Shown here piece by piece: positions 41,925-51,896 of a stretch of DNA of 64,000 bases; position 1 is the stretch's first letter; the number at the start of each line of letters is the position of its first letter. A model generated the notes under the pieces. It had not been told where the DNA came from and searched no databases. It was given only the letters and a program-made list of their open reading frames with translations. This DNA is from an uncultured Verrucomicrobiae bacterium. Lineage in GTDB: Bacteria > Verrucomicrobiota > Verrucomicrobiia > Chthoniobacterales > Chthoniobacteraceae. The stretch is taken from positions 160,001 to 224,000 of the forward strand of contig CAWHEP010000010.1 of assembly GCA_963828525.1 (NCBI GenBank), given 5' to 3'. The position numbers were made by a program, and so were the translations under genes.

Positions 41925-43520
41925 ATGTCCACCCTTTACCTCGTTGCGAATGGCGACCTTCGCCTGGCCGCGAATCAGAAATGCCAGGAAGCGCAAGCCG
42001 CGATGGAGCTTCGCATTACTGCCGCTGTTCGGGACCAAGGCTGGGACGTTATCCGCGCGCATCCCTTCGATCCCGAGAAACAGCACGGCTTCATCGATAG
42101 CCAGAGATACGGCATTGAAGTCTTCAGCAATATCCCAGCGCGCGCGCCCATAATCGTCGCAGAAGCAGTCTGGCAGTATAGCCATCATATTCTTCCGGGC
42201 CTCCTTACGCATAAAGGCCCCATCCTGACCATGGCGAACTGGAGTGGAGCATGGCCCGGGTTGGTAGGAATGCTGAACCTGAACGGGTCACTCACCAAGG
42301 CTGGCATAGATTACAGCACAATCTGGAGCGAGAGCTTCGACGACGAGTTCTTCCTTAAAGCCCTCCACTCCTGGCTGAAGCGCGGAACCATCAAGCACGA
42401 CACATCCCATGTCCGCGAACTGGACGACGTGTCTATCCCCCACAAGATGCGCAAGGCTGGCCGTCAATGCGCCAGGACTCTTAAGAAGAACAAAGCCATC
42501 ATGGGCGTGTTCGACGAGGGCTGCATGGGGATGTACAACGCCATCATTCCGGACGAACTCCTTGCCGACACCGGTGTCTTCAAGGAGCGCCTCAGCCAGT
42601 CCTCTCTCTACGCGCGCATGCTCACGGTTTCCGACGACGAAGCGAAAGGCGTCCTCGATTGGCTTCTGGCGCGCGGTATGACTTTCCGCCTCGGGCCGAA
42701 CAAAGAGACCGATCTCACGGTCGAACAACTCCTCAGCCAGTGCGCGATGTATATAGCCGCCGCGCGGATCGCCGCTGAGTTCGGCTGCGCCACCATAGGC
42801 ATCCAGTACCAGCAGGGCCTCAAAGATCTCACAGCCGCGTCCGACCTTGCCGAAGGTTTGCTGAATAACGTCGACCGGCCGCCTGTCTTCCGGGCGGGCA
42901 CTTCCGAAGAACTCTATCCCGGGGAAGCGCTTCCTCACTTCAACGAAGTGGACGAATGCGCCGGCCTCGATGGCCTGGTGACTTACGCCCTTTGGCGGCA
43001 ACTCGGTTTTCCGCCGGAAAACACTCTCCACGATATCCGGTGGGGCCGCCACTACGGAGGCGATATCGACGATTTCGTCTGGGTGTTTGAGATTTCAGGC
43101 GCAGTCCCACCGGAACATCTCATTGGAGGCTACGCTGGCGCGACCAGCGAACGTCAGCCTCCCATGTATTTCAACCTCGGCGGCGGCACCATCAAAGGCA
43201 TCAGCAAACCGGGCTGGATCGTCTGGAGCCGCGTCTACATCGAGAAAAAAATACTGCTTTTTGATATCGGCCTTGGCGAAGTCGTTGCGCTTCCGCCGGC
43301 CGAAACCGAGGAACGATGGAACCTCACCACCTCACAATGGCCCATCATGCACGTCGTCCTCAAAGGCGTGACCCGCGATCAGATGATGGCAAGACACAAA
43401 TCCAACCACATACAGGTGGTATACGCTCCCGACCAGGCGTCCGCGAAGCGCGGCCTCTACGCCAAAGCCGCCGCAATGCGCGAGCTAGGCCTTGAAGTAT
43501 TCGTCTGCGGCAGCATCTAA
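41925..43520 (+). CDS. L-fucose/L-arabinose isomerase-like protein
   Basis: ANWSGAWPGLVG, DEGCMGM, GIQYQQG, PHFNEVDE recalled as fucose-isomerase-like; upstream of a ketose kinase. Confidence 0.7.
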   Translation: MSTLYLVANGDLRLAANQKCQEAQAAMELRITAAVRDQGWDVIRAHPFDPEKQHGFIDSQRYGIEVFSNIPARAPIIVAEAVWQYSHHILPGLLTHKGPILTMANWSGAWPGLVGMLNLNGSLTKAGIDYSTIWSESFDDEFFLKALHSWLKRGTIKHDTSHVRELDDVSIPHKMRKAGRQCARTLKKNKAIMGVFDEGCMGMYNAIIPDELLADTGVFKERLSQSSLYARMLTVSDDEAKGVLDWLLARGMTFRLGPNKETDLTVEQLLSQCAMYIAAARIAAEFGCATIGIQYQQGLKDLTAASDLAEGLLNNVDRPPVFRAGTSEELYPGEALPHFNEVDECAGLDGLVTYALWRQLGFPPENTLHDIRWGRHYGGDIDDFVWVFEISGAVPPEHLIGGYAGATSERQPPMYFNLGGGTIKGISKPGWIVWSRVYIEKKILLFDIGLGEVVALPPAETEERWNLTTSQWPIMHVVLKGVTRDQMMARHKSNHIQVVYAPDQASAKRGLYAKAAAMRELGLEVFVCGSI

Positions 43521-43561
43521 CCCCTTCTCCTCCCACCAGTCTCCAATCCCACCGAATCCCT

Positions 43562-45034
43562 ATGACCCAATCCCAATACATAGCCTGCGACCTTGGCGCC
43601 GAGAGCGGTCGTGTCATGGTCGGCCAGCTCGCGGCCGGTAAACTCACGCTTGATGAAGTCCATCGCTTCTCCAACGCCCCCATCCGCGTCTTGGGCGCTC
43701 TCCGCTGGGACATCCTCCGCATCTTCGAAGAACTCAAAACAGGCATCAAGAAAGTCTGCGATTTTCACGCCGATGTTGCCGGCATCAGCGTGGATTCCTG
43801 GGGCGTGGATTACGTCTGGTTCAACGCCGCCGACCCGCAACTTGGCGTACCTTTCCATTATCGCGACCCGCGGACCGACCGTTTTTATGAATCAACCCGC
43901 GCCAGCCTTTCGGATGAATTCATCTTTTCGCAGACCGGCATTCAGTTCATGGGCCTTAACACCCTCTACCAACTGCTCGCCGATAAAGAAGATCGTCCCG
44001 GGGTTTTGGGCCTGGCCGATGGGTTCCTTAACATCGCCGATTACCTCAACTACCTTCTCTGCGGCGTCCCGCGCGCCGAGGAAAGCCTTGCGAGCACCAC
44101 TCAACTTTATAACCCAAACACCCGCTCCTGGGCCGATGAACTCATCCAACGGATCGATCTTCCCAGAAAACTCTTTCCCGCCATTGTCCCCTCCGCCACC
44201 GTCCTCGGTCCCCTCCTACCGGATATTTCCACGGAGACCGGCCTTGGCCCTGTCCCGGTCATCGCGACCTGTTCGCACGACACAGGAGCCGCTGTCGCCG
44301 CTGTCCCGGCCATCGGACGCGATTGGGCCTATCTCAGTTCTGGCACCTGGTCTCTTATTGGCGTCGAGCTGGGCGCCCCGCTCATAAATGCTCACGCCAG
44401 GGCACTGAATTTCACCAACGAAGCGGGCTGCGAGGGCACCATCCGATTCCTGAAAAACATTGTCGGCCTCTGGCTGCTTCAGGAGTGCCGCCGCCAGTGG
44501 GCTTTGGAAGGAACAACGTATGACTACGACGAGCTCACGCGCCTTGCCCAATCCGCCGAACCACTCCGCTTCCTCATCGACCCCGGCGACCCTCGTTTCC
44601 TGCGCCCCGGCGACATGCCCGAGAAAATTCGCTCATCCTGTGAAGAGAAAGGCGCTCCCGCCCCATCCACGCCCGGCCAGTTTGTCCGCTGCATTCTCGA
44701 GAGCCTCGCCCTCCTCTACCGCAAAACCCTGGACGATCTGGAAACCCTCACCGGTGTCAGCATACGCGTCCTCCACATCGTGGGCGGCGGCAGTAAAAAC
44801 GCCCTTCTCAACCAATGCGCCGCCGATGCCACCGGGCGCCAGGTCGTGGCAGGCCCCGTCGAAGCCACTGCCATCGGCAACGTCCTCATCCAGGCCATCG
44901 CCCTTAAGCACATAGACACGCTCGCGTCCCTCAGATCAATCGTGAGCCACTCCTTCCCGGTGCATACATACCAGCCCTGCCACTCCCCTGAATGGCAAGC
45001 TGCTCTAAAGCGTCTCTACCCGGAACACAGGTAG
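43562..45034 (+). CDS. rhaB: Rhamnulokinase/fuculokinase (FGGY kinase)
   Basis: DLGAESGR, VDSWGVDY, YRDPRT, SHDTGAAV, SSGTWSLIG, FTNE, GPVEATAIGN. Confidence 0.85.
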   Translation: MTQSQYIACDLGAESGRVMVGQLAAGKLTLDEVHRFSNAPIRVLGALRWDILRIFEELKTGIKKVCDFHADVAGISVDSWGVDYVWFNAADPQLGVPFHYRDPRTDRFYESTRASLSDEFIFSQTGIQFMGLNTLYQLLADKEDRPGVLGLADGFLNIADYLNYLLCGVPRAEESLASTTQLYNPNTRSWADELIQRIDLPRKLFPAIVPSATVLGPLLPDISTETGLGPVPVIATCSHDTGAAVAAVPAIGRDWAYLSSGTWSLIGVELGAPLINAHARALNFTNEAGCEGTIRFLKNIVGLWLLQECRRQWALEGTTYDYDELTRLAQSAEPLRFLIDPGDPRFLRPGDMPEKIRSSCEEKGAPAPSTPGQFVRCILESLALLYRKTLDDLETLTGVSIRVLHIVGGGSKNALLNQCAADATGRQVVAGPVEATAIGNVLIQAIALKHIDTLASLRSIVSHSFPVHTYQPCHSPEWQAALKRLYPEHR

Positions 45035-45141
45035 GGCTCTTCGAGCCATCCGTTTAAATCGCTGCAAGAATTACGGAGATTGTTTTAGAGCGGGGAGAGT
45101 AACGTCAATACTGACGGACACCTCGGCGAGGTGCCCCTACC
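45030..45141. repeat. Inverted REP pair (REPIN-like) between convergent genes
   Basis: 45116-45141 reverse complement GGTAGGGGCACCTCGCCGAGGTGTCC; degenerate partner GGTAGGGCTCTTCGAGCCATCCG at 45030-45052. Confidence 0.6.
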
Positions 45142-45154
45142 TATGCAACCCTAC

Positions 45155-46456
45155 CTAGATCCAGGTTCCTCGCGGTATAACCGCGTTTTTCGGAATAACG
45201 ATAATTCCGTCGCGTATATAGTAATTCTCCCCATCCACATTCTCTGGCTTCCCTTTTGGGGTTATCACAACGTCATCTCCGATTCGCGCGTTCTTATCGA
45301 TGATCGCGTGATCGATAGTGCAATTTCTCCCGATCCCGATTCGCGTTTCAATTTTGTCCTTTGAAGCCAGGTCAGCCTCATAGAAATCGGCTCCCATCAC
45401 TATGCTTTCGCGGATCGTTGTCCCCGCGTCTATATAGCTTCGGACGCCTATCACGCAGCGCTCGATCGTCGCGTGCGATATGATGCAGCCGTCCGACACC
45501 ACCGCCTGGCTTATCTTGGCCGCGTTCAGCTTGCTTGCCGGCAGGAACCGCGCGTGTGTGTACACCGGCGCGGTTGTGTCGAAAAAACTATAGGCTGGCA
45601 CGGCGTCCGTTAGATTAAGATTTGCTTCGAAGAACGCGCGTATAGTCCCGATATCTTCCCAATACCCCTGGAAGATATACGAGTTCACCTTATATTTCTT
45701 GATCGCCTCGGGTATGATGTGTTTGCCGAAATCCGCGAAGTCATTATCCAGCGCCTCGATCAACACATCGCGGTTGAACACATAGATCCCCATTGAAGCC
45801 TGGTATAGCTCCTCCGTTTCATCTCTCCCGAGTTCTCCCAGCACCTTCGCCGGTATTTTTAGCTCATTCAGCAACTCGTCTGTCTTTGGCTTTTCTTCGA
45901 ACCGGAATATCCTGTGATCCGCGTCGCTATGCATGATCCCGAAATCGGTGGCCGCGCTCCGCGCCACCGGGATTGTCGCAAGCGTTATATCCGACTTTTT
46001 TTCGAGGTGCTGCTCCAGCACCAGCCGGTAATCCATTCGGTACAACTGATCCCCGCTCAGGATGATGTAGTAGTCGTAGGGCCGTTGCAGGAAATCTCGC
46101 ATATTCTGCCTCACAGCGTCCGCCGTTCCTTGATACCACGTCGATCCCTCCGGCCGCTGCTGCGCCGCGAGAATTTCCACGAAACTCCGTGAGAACATGT
46201 CGAACTTGTAGCTGGAACTAATGTGCCGGTGCAGCGACGTGCTGTTGAACTGCGTCAGAACGTAGATGTGCCTCAACCCCGAGTTGATGCAGTTGCTCAC
46301 GGGTATGTCTACCAGCCGGTACTTCCCTGCCAGCGGCACCGCGGGTTTGGAACGATCCTTCGTGAGCGGGAACAGGCGCGTTCCCGCTCCGCCTCCCATG
46401 ATGATGGCAAGCGTGCTTGTCTTGGAGAGATCGGCTGTTTTCATACGGTTCGGCAT
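45155..46456 (-). CDS. glgC: Glucose-1-phosphate adenylyltransferase
   Basis: GGGAGTRLFPLTKDRSKPAVP, WYQGTADAV, LSGDQLY, ASMGIY, DFGK, YWEDIGT. Confidence 0.96.
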   Translation of the reverse strand: MPNRMKTADLSKTSTLAIIMGGGAGTRLFPLTKDRSKPAVPLAGKYRLVDIPVSNCINSGLRHIYVLTQFNSTSLHRHISSSYKFDMFSRSFVEILAAQQRPEGSTWYQGTADAVRQNMRDFLQRPYDYYIILSGDQLYRMDYRLVLEQHLEKKSDITLATIPVARSAATDFGIMHSDADHRIFRFEEKPKTDELLNELKIPAKVLGELGRDETEELYQASMGIYVFNRDVLIEALDNDFADFGKHIIPEAIKKYKVNSYIFQGYWEDIGTIRAFFEANLNLTDAVPAYSFFDTTAPVYTHARFLPASKLNAAKISQAVVSDGCIISHATIERCVIGVRSYIDAGTTIRESIVMGADFYEADLASKDKIETRIGIGRNCTIDHAIIDKNARIGDDVVITPKGKPENVDGENYYIRDGIIVIPKNAVIPRGTWI

Positions 46457-46515
46457 GGGGGTTCTTTTGCGGCGATCTTGCCGCTTGGCGTAAACTTTGT
46501 CACATTCAAAAGCTT

Positions 46516-48366
46516 ATGTGCGGAATCATCGGTTACATCGGTCAATCCCAGGCCGTCCCTATTCTTCTCGATGGCTTGCGCCGCCTTGAATACCGCGGCT
46601 ACGACTCCGCTGGGCTCGCCACTCTTTTTGACGGATCGCTTATCCTGAAAAAAGCCGCTGGACGCATCGGCAACCTTGCCGAACTCATCCAAAAAGATCC
46701 GCCCAAAGGCACCATCGGCATCAGTCACACCCGCTGGGCCACTCACGGCCGGGTCACGGATCAGAACGCCCATCCTCACACTGACCAGGGCGGCCGGCTC
46801 GCAATCGTCCACAACGGGGTCATCGAGAATTATCAGACCCTCAGGGAGGAGTTGATTCGCGAGGGCCACACCTTCAATTCGCAGACCGACACGGAGGTGC
46901 TCGCGCATCTCGTCGGGAAACATTACGATGCCGCCGGCGGCGAGCACAAAAAGGCCCGTCTCGTTGAAGCCCTCCGTCTCGCCCTGAAGCAGGTCGTTGG
47001 CACGTACGGCGTCGTCCTCCTTCATCAGGATCTGCCCGATCTCCTCCTCGGGGCCCGGCGCGGCAGCCCCCTTGTTCTCGGCATTGGCGCGGGCGAGAAC
47101 TTCTTCGCCAGCGATGTGGGCGCTGTCGTTGCTCATACCCGCGATGCCGTCTATCTCAACGACTTCGATATCGCCTGTCTTGACCGCCAGTCCTTCGAAA
47201 TCACTTCCCTTCTCGGCGGAGCTTCCGGCTTTGAAGTCACGAAAGTCGAGTTTAGCGAGGAAGACGTCAGCAAAGGCGATTTCCCGCACTACATGCTCAA
47301 GGAAATTTACGAGCAGCCTGAAACGGTCCGGGACGCGATGCGCGGACGTCTCTCCTTGGAAGAAGCGACCGCCGTTCTGGGCGGCCTGGAGATGACCCCT
47401 AAAGAACTCCGCGAGATTGACCGCGTCGTCCTCTGCGGCTGCGGCACGGCCTTCCACGCGGCCATGGTCGGCGAGTACCTCCTCGAAACTCTTGCCCATA
47501 TCCCCACCGAGGTCGAATTCGCCAGCGAGTTCCGCTATCGCAACATGCCCATGACCAAAGACACCCTCGTCTTCGTCATCAGCCAAAGCGGCGAGACCGC
47601 CGACACGCTTGCGGCCATGCGCGAAAGCCAGCGCAAAGGCCATCGCGCGCTTGGCATCTGTAACAACGTCGCCAGCACCATCGCGCGCGAAAGCGACGGC
47701 GGCGTTTACATGCATGCCGGCCCCGAGATCGGCGTTGCTGCCACGAAATCTTTCACCTCCCAGATCACCATCCTGACTCTCCTCGGTCTTCTCCTGGGAC
47801 GCATCAGGCACCAATCCTCCTCCGAAGGCCTCCGCGTCATCGAGGAAATGCAAACCCTTCCAAGCCTCATCTCACGCATCCTCGCGCAGAACGACCACAT
47901 CAAAGCCATCGCCGAGAAATACTCCTATGCGCGCGCCATGATGTTTCTCGGGCGCCAGTTTAATTTTCCGGTCGCGCTCGAGGGTGCCCTCAAGATGAAG
48001 GAGATCAGCTACATCCACGCCGAGGGACACCCAAGCGCCGAGCTAAAACATGGCGTCATAGCGCTTATCACCGACCAGCTACCCTCCGTCTTTATCGCCC
48101 CCGACGACGCCATCTTCGACAAAAACATCAGCAACATGGAAGAGGTCAAAGCTCGCAAGGGCCCCCTCATCGCCATCGGGACAGAAGGTTGCGCCAGGCT
48201 CGAAGAAGTGGCCGACGACGTGATCTTCGTCCCCAAGTGCTCCGACTTTCTCTCGCCCATCCTCACCGTCATTCCCCTTCAGCTCCTCGCCTACCACCTC
48301 GCCGTGAAACTAGGCTGCGACGTTGACAAACCTCGCAACCTGGCCAAAAGCGTCACCGTAGAGTGA
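46516..48366 (+). CDS. glmS: Glutamine-fructose-6-phosphate aminotransferase
   Basis: MCGIIGY start, LEYRGYDSAG, HTRWATHG, SQSGETADT, PRNLAKSVTVE. Confidence 0.98.
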   Translation: MCGIIGYIGQSQAVPILLDGLRRLEYRGYDSAGLATLFDGSLILKKAAGRIGNLAELIQKDPPKGTIGISHTRWATHGRVTDQNAHPHTDQGGRLAIVHNGVIENYQTLREELIREGHTFNSQTDTEVLAHLVGKHYDAAGGEHKKARLVEALRLALKQVVGTYGVVLLHQDLPDLLLGARRGSPLVLGIGAGENFFASDVGAVVAHTRDAVYLNDFDIACLDRQSFEITSLLGGASGFEVTKVEFSEEDVSKGDFPHYMLKEIYEQPETVRDAMRGRLSLEEATAVLGGLEMTPKELREIDRVVLCGCGTAFHAAMVGEYLLETLAHIPTEVEFASEFRYRNMPMTKDTLVFVISQSGETADTLAAMRESQRKGHRALGICNNVASTIARESDGGVYMHAGPEIGVAATKSFTSQITILTLLGLLLGRIRHQSSSEGLRVIEEMQTLPSLISRILAQNDHIKAIAEKYSYARAMMFLGRQFNFPVALEGALKMKEISYIHAEGHPSAELKHGVIALITDQLPSVFIAPDDAIFDKNISNMEEVKARKGPLIAIGTEGCARLEEVADDVIFVPKCSDFLSPILTVIPLQLLAYHLAVKLGCDVDKPRNLAKSVTVE

Positions 48367-48374
48367 CAAGCACG

Positions 48375-49535
48375 TCAAAAGACGCGCTCGCCCGCGACGA
48401 AAGTCCTCCAAACCTCCAAATTCGTCGACAGCACTACCAAATCCGCGTCGTAGCCCTCGCGGATACAACCACGCCGATCCTCCAGCCCCGCCCCGCGCGC
48501 GGCATTCAGCGTTGCCATCCGGATTGCCTCATGCAAAGGCGCGCCCACCATCTCGACCATGTTCCGAACCAGCCGGATCATATTTGCTGTGCTTCCTGCG
48601 AGCGCGTTCCCATCCGCCGTCATCCCCACATCGTCCCGGACTACGCATTCCAGCTCACCTAGCTGGAACATCCGTCCTTCAGGCAACCCCGCGCCCGCCG
48701 TCGCGTCCGTCACCAGGCAGATTCCATCCGCGCCTTTCGCTCGATATAACATCCGCATCAGCGTCGGAGACACGTGCCTGCCATCCGCGATCAGCTCGCA
48801 AAGGATTCGCGGCTCACTCATAGCGAACTCCACCAGCCCGGCCACCCGAAAGGCTCCTCGCCGCCTCGCCGAGGACATGCAGTTGAAAGTGTGCGTCACC
48901 TGCGTCATCCCTCTATGGAAAGCCGCCGCCGCTTCCTCATCCCACGCGTTGCTATGTCCGCCGCTCACCCCGATCCCCCGCCCCGACAGCCTGTCGATGA
49001 GCTCAAGCGCCCCCGGCAGCTCGGGGGCCAATGTCATCCGCGTGATGGCCGGCCGATGTTCCAGCATCCGCTCATACTCGGAGGGCTCCGGATCGTGGAT
49101 GCAACTCAACCGATGCGCTCCGGGCTTCTCCCGCGAAAAATAAGGCCCTTCGATATGCGCGCCTATCACTCGCGCTCCTGACCCGCGCGACCCCTGACAA
49201 CGCTCCACGCATTTCAAAACATCCAGGATTTTTTCCACTGGAGCCGCAACCGTCGTCAGCGCCAGCGAAGTAGTCCCTCCGCTTGCGTGATATTTGGTGA
49301 TGACGCCGAAAGCCTCCTCGGTCGCCTCCATCGTGTCCCGACCTAGGGCGCCGTGCGCGTGCAGATCGATGAACCCGGGGCTTAAGTAGCGCCCCTCAAG
49401 CTCCACCACTTCCTCGCCGTCCCGCGCCTCCAGCGGCTCCCCTGACACAGCGGCTATTTTCCCCCCGCTCAACCTCACACTTCCGTTTTCCTGGATCCGA
49501 TCAGGGAAAACGATCCGGCCATTTTGCAGTATCAT
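48375..49535 (-). CDS. nagA: N-acetylglucosamine-6-phosphate deacetylase
   Basis: PGFIDLHAHG, HIEGPY, THTFNCMS, IADGRH, VTDA, LAGS; ATGA overlap with nagB. Confidence 0.95.
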   Translation of the reverse strand: MILQNGRIVFPDRIQENGSVRLSGGKIAAVSGEPLEARDGEEVVELEGRYLSPGFIDLHAHGALGRDTMEATEEAFGVITKYHASGGTTSLALTTVAAPVEKILDVLKCVERCQGSRGSGARVIGAHIEGPYFSREKPGAHRLSCIHDPEPSEYERMLEHRPAITRMTLAPELPGALELIDRLSGRGIGVSGGHSNAWDEEAAAAFHRGMTQVTHTFNCMSSARRRGAFRVAGLVEFAMSEPRILCELIADGRHVSPTLMRMLYRAKGADGICLVTDATAGAGLPEGRMFQLGELECVVRDDVGMTADGNALAGSTANMIRLVRNMVEMVGAPLHEAIRMATLNAARGAGLEDRRGCIREGYDADLVVLSTNLEVWRTFVAGERVF

Positions 49536-50317
49536 GCCGTCCTCTGCCACTCAGGCTTGTGCGCGTACACCCAGCGATAGTAATCCCCTCTCGCCAGCCC
49601 GCGCGCGGCTTCCTCGTCCACTACCAGGGTGCAGCGCGGATGCGTCTGGAGTATGGATGCCGGCAGGCTCGCCGTGACCGCGCCCTCCACCATTCCAGCC
49701 ACAGCGCCGGCCTTCTTCTCTCCCACCGCCAGCACCAGGCAATGCCGGGCTTCCATTATTGTGCCGATGCCCATCGTGATTACATGCCTGGGGACTTCCG
49801 CCGCGCTGGAGAACAGCGGCGCGTTATCCCGGATCGTGCTTTCCGTGAGTGTTTTAAGGCGTGTCCGTGAGCTCAGGGACGAGCTCGGTTCGTTGAACCC
49901 GATGTGCCCGTCGGAGCCCAGCCCGAGCAATTGCAGATCGATCCCGCCCGCCTTTCGGATCGCTCGCTCGTACTCCTCGCAATGCGCCGCCACATCCAGC
50001 CCGCTCCCGGAGGGCGCGTGGATGTTCTCGCGGGGTACATTGATCTTCGAAAAGAGGTTCGCCCTCATGTAATGCGCGTACGAAAGCGCATGGCCTTCAT
50101 CCAACCCCACATATTCGTCCAGGTTAAACGTCACCACCTGCCCGAAATCAACCCGGCCCGCCGCGAAATTCGCCACCAGTTCCCGGTATAGCCCCAGCGG
50201 TGTGTTTCCCGTCGCCAAACCGAGAACGCTCGCCGGCTTGGTCTTCAACTGCGCCCGGAAAATGGCCGCCGCTTCCAGGCTTACCTCGCCCGCGTTCGCC
50301 TTTATTATGACTTCCAT
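49532..50317 (-). CDS. nagB: Glucosamine-6-phosphate deaminase
   Basis: LGLATGNTP, FNLDEYVGL, DGHIGFNEP, TMGIGTI. Confidence 0.96.
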   Translation of the reverse strand: MEVIIKANAGEVSLEAAAIFRAQLKTKPASVLGLATGNTPLGLYRELVANFAAGRVDFGQVVTFNLDEYVGLDEGHALSYAHYMRANLFSKINVPRENIHAPSGSGLDVAAHCEEYERAIRKAGGIDLQLLGLGSDGHIGFNEPSSSLSSRTRLKTLTESTIRDNAPLFSSAAEVPRHVITMGIGTIMEARHCLVLAVGEKKAGAVAGMVEGAVTASLPASILQTHPRCTLVVDEEAARGLARGDYYRWVYAHKPEWQRTA

Positions 50318-50393
50318 CTCATTCCCATTGGGTCAGAAGTAGATAACACGCGCCCCGCGTCGCAGTCATTCCCAAATGGTGGCGAAGCCTTCA

Positions 50394-50419
50394 GGCAGGG
50401 AAGCCTCGCCGAGGCGTCG
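50394..50419 (+). repeat. REP element copy
   Basis: GGCAGGGAAGCCTCGCCGAGGCGTCG. Confidence 0.6.
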
Positions 50420-50524
50420 GTCGGTCTGAAAACGCGCCGGTCTCCAGCGTTAGTCTGTTCCCGGCTGACTTCTGCGGCGTTTGCCGTTACCCTTCCCGTT
50501 CATCTCAGGCGCACCGCCGAAGCA

Positions 50525-50935
50525 ATGAAGTCTTCCACTCCCATGCAGGCAGCAAAAAATTCCATCGCGGAGCGCATGCGCCGCCTTGGCATACTGGAAG
50601 CCGATCTCGTGGAAAGCTTCTGCCGATCTTCGGGCCCTGGCGGACAGAACGTGAACAAAGTCTCCACCTCCGTCACTCTCAAACACATCCCCTCCAATCG
50701 ATCTGTAACGGTGCAGGATAGCCGCTCCCAATCCATGAATCGCCAGTTGGCTCGCGAACGCCTTCTCGATGCCATGGAAGAGGCCCTGCGCGTCAGGATT
50801 CTGGCCTCGCAGTCCGCCATTGCGAAACGCCGCCGCCAGAACTCGAAGCGCCCGCGCGGCGTCAAAGAGAGGATGCTCGAAGGAAAGAAACGCCGCTCCA
50901 TCGTCAAGCAAGGACGCAGGCGCGAGCACGATTGA
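50525..50935 (+). CDS. arfB: Release-factor-like peptidyl-tRNA hydrolase (ArfB-like)
   Basis: RSSGPGGQNVNKVST, SRSQSMNR, basic C-terminal tail. Confidence 0.85.
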   Translation: MKSSTPMQAAKNSIAERMRRLGILEADLVESFCRSSGPGGQNVNKVSTSVTLKHIPSNRSVTVQDSRSQSMNRQLARERLLDAMEEALRVRILASQSAIAKRRRQNSKRPRGVKERMLEGKKRRSIVKQGRRREHD

Positions 50936-50983
50936 TCTTCTTTTTCGCTCGTTGTTCTTCTGTCCTTCCCCCATATCGGTTCC

Positions 50984-51868
50984 ATGCCTTCTCTGGAGTG
51001 CGATCTTCCCGGATTCACCAAAGTCCGCAGCGGCAAAGTGCGCGAAGTGTTCGACATCGGCGAACACCTCCTCCTCATCGCCACCGACCGCATCTCCGCT
51101 TTCGACTGCATCCTTCCCAGCCCCATCCCGGGCAAAGGCGCGGTGTTAAACCAGCTCTCCGCCTTCTGGTTTCGTCAACTCGACTTTCTCCCGAACCACG
51201 TCGTTGAATCGGAATTCGCCAACTTCCCACCGTCCCTCCTCCCGTACGCCGATCAACTTCGTGGCCGATCCATGCTCGTCAAAAAAGCCCAGCCCCTCCC
51301 TGTGGAGTGCGTAGTCCGCGGCTACCTCGCCGGCTCCGCCTGGAAAGAGTACCAGAAGCATGGGAGCGTCAGCGGCGAACTCCTTCCGGAAGGCCTTCGC
51401 CAGGCTGAGTGTCTGCCGGAGCCCCTCTTCACGCCCACCACCAAAGCCGAGCAAGGGCACGACCTCAACCTCACATGGCAAGAGTGCTGCAACCTTCTTG
51501 GCAACCGGATTGCTGCCCAGCTCAAATCCTTCAGCGTCGAGATCTACGAACAAGGCCGCGAATTCGCGAAAGACAAAGGCCTCATCATTGCCGACACCAA
51601 ATTTGAATTCGGCCTTGTCGACGGCGCCGTGACCCTCATCGACGAATGCCTCACTCCTGACTCCTCCCGGTTCTGGCCCGCCACCGAATACCGCCCTGGA
51701 TCAAACCCGCCCAGCTTCGACAAACAATTTGTCCGCGACTACCTCGACCGTCTGGACTGGAACAAAACCCCGCCCGCTCCGGCCCTCCCCCCCGACGTAA
51801 TCCACATCACCAGCGCCAAATACAAAGAAGCCTACACCCGGCTCACAAACCTCCCGCTAGAACAGTAA
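50984..51868 (+). CDS. purC: SAICAR synthetase
   Basis: GKVREVF, TDRISAFD, ECVVRGYL, ADTKFEFG, DECLTPDSSRFW, FDKQFVRD. Confidence 0.97.
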   Translation: MPSLECDLPGFTKVRSGKVREVFDIGEHLLLIATDRISAFDCILPSPIPGKGAVLNQLSAFWFRQLDFLPNHVVESEFANFPPSLLPYADQLRGRSMLVKKAQPLPVECVVRGYLAGSAWKEYQKHGSVSGELLPEGLRQAECLPEPLFTPTTKAEQGHDLNLTWQECCNLLGNRIAAQLKSFSVEIYEQGREFAKDKGLIIADTKFEFGLVDGAVTLIDECLTPDSSRFWPATEYRPGSNPPSFDKQFVRDYLDRLDWNKTPPAPALPPDVIHITSAKYKEAYTRLTNLPLEQ

Positions 51869-51896
51869 AACCCTCCCTAATGCCGCCCCGAAGCAA

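Noticed and set aside
46457..46515. glmS ribozyme
   Set aside because: Intergenic space is too short and no core motif was seen
46441..47853. Long antisense ORFs (also 1789-2985, 16913-17992, 39778-40758)
   Set aside because: Shadows of well-supported genes in GC-rich DNA, with no motifs
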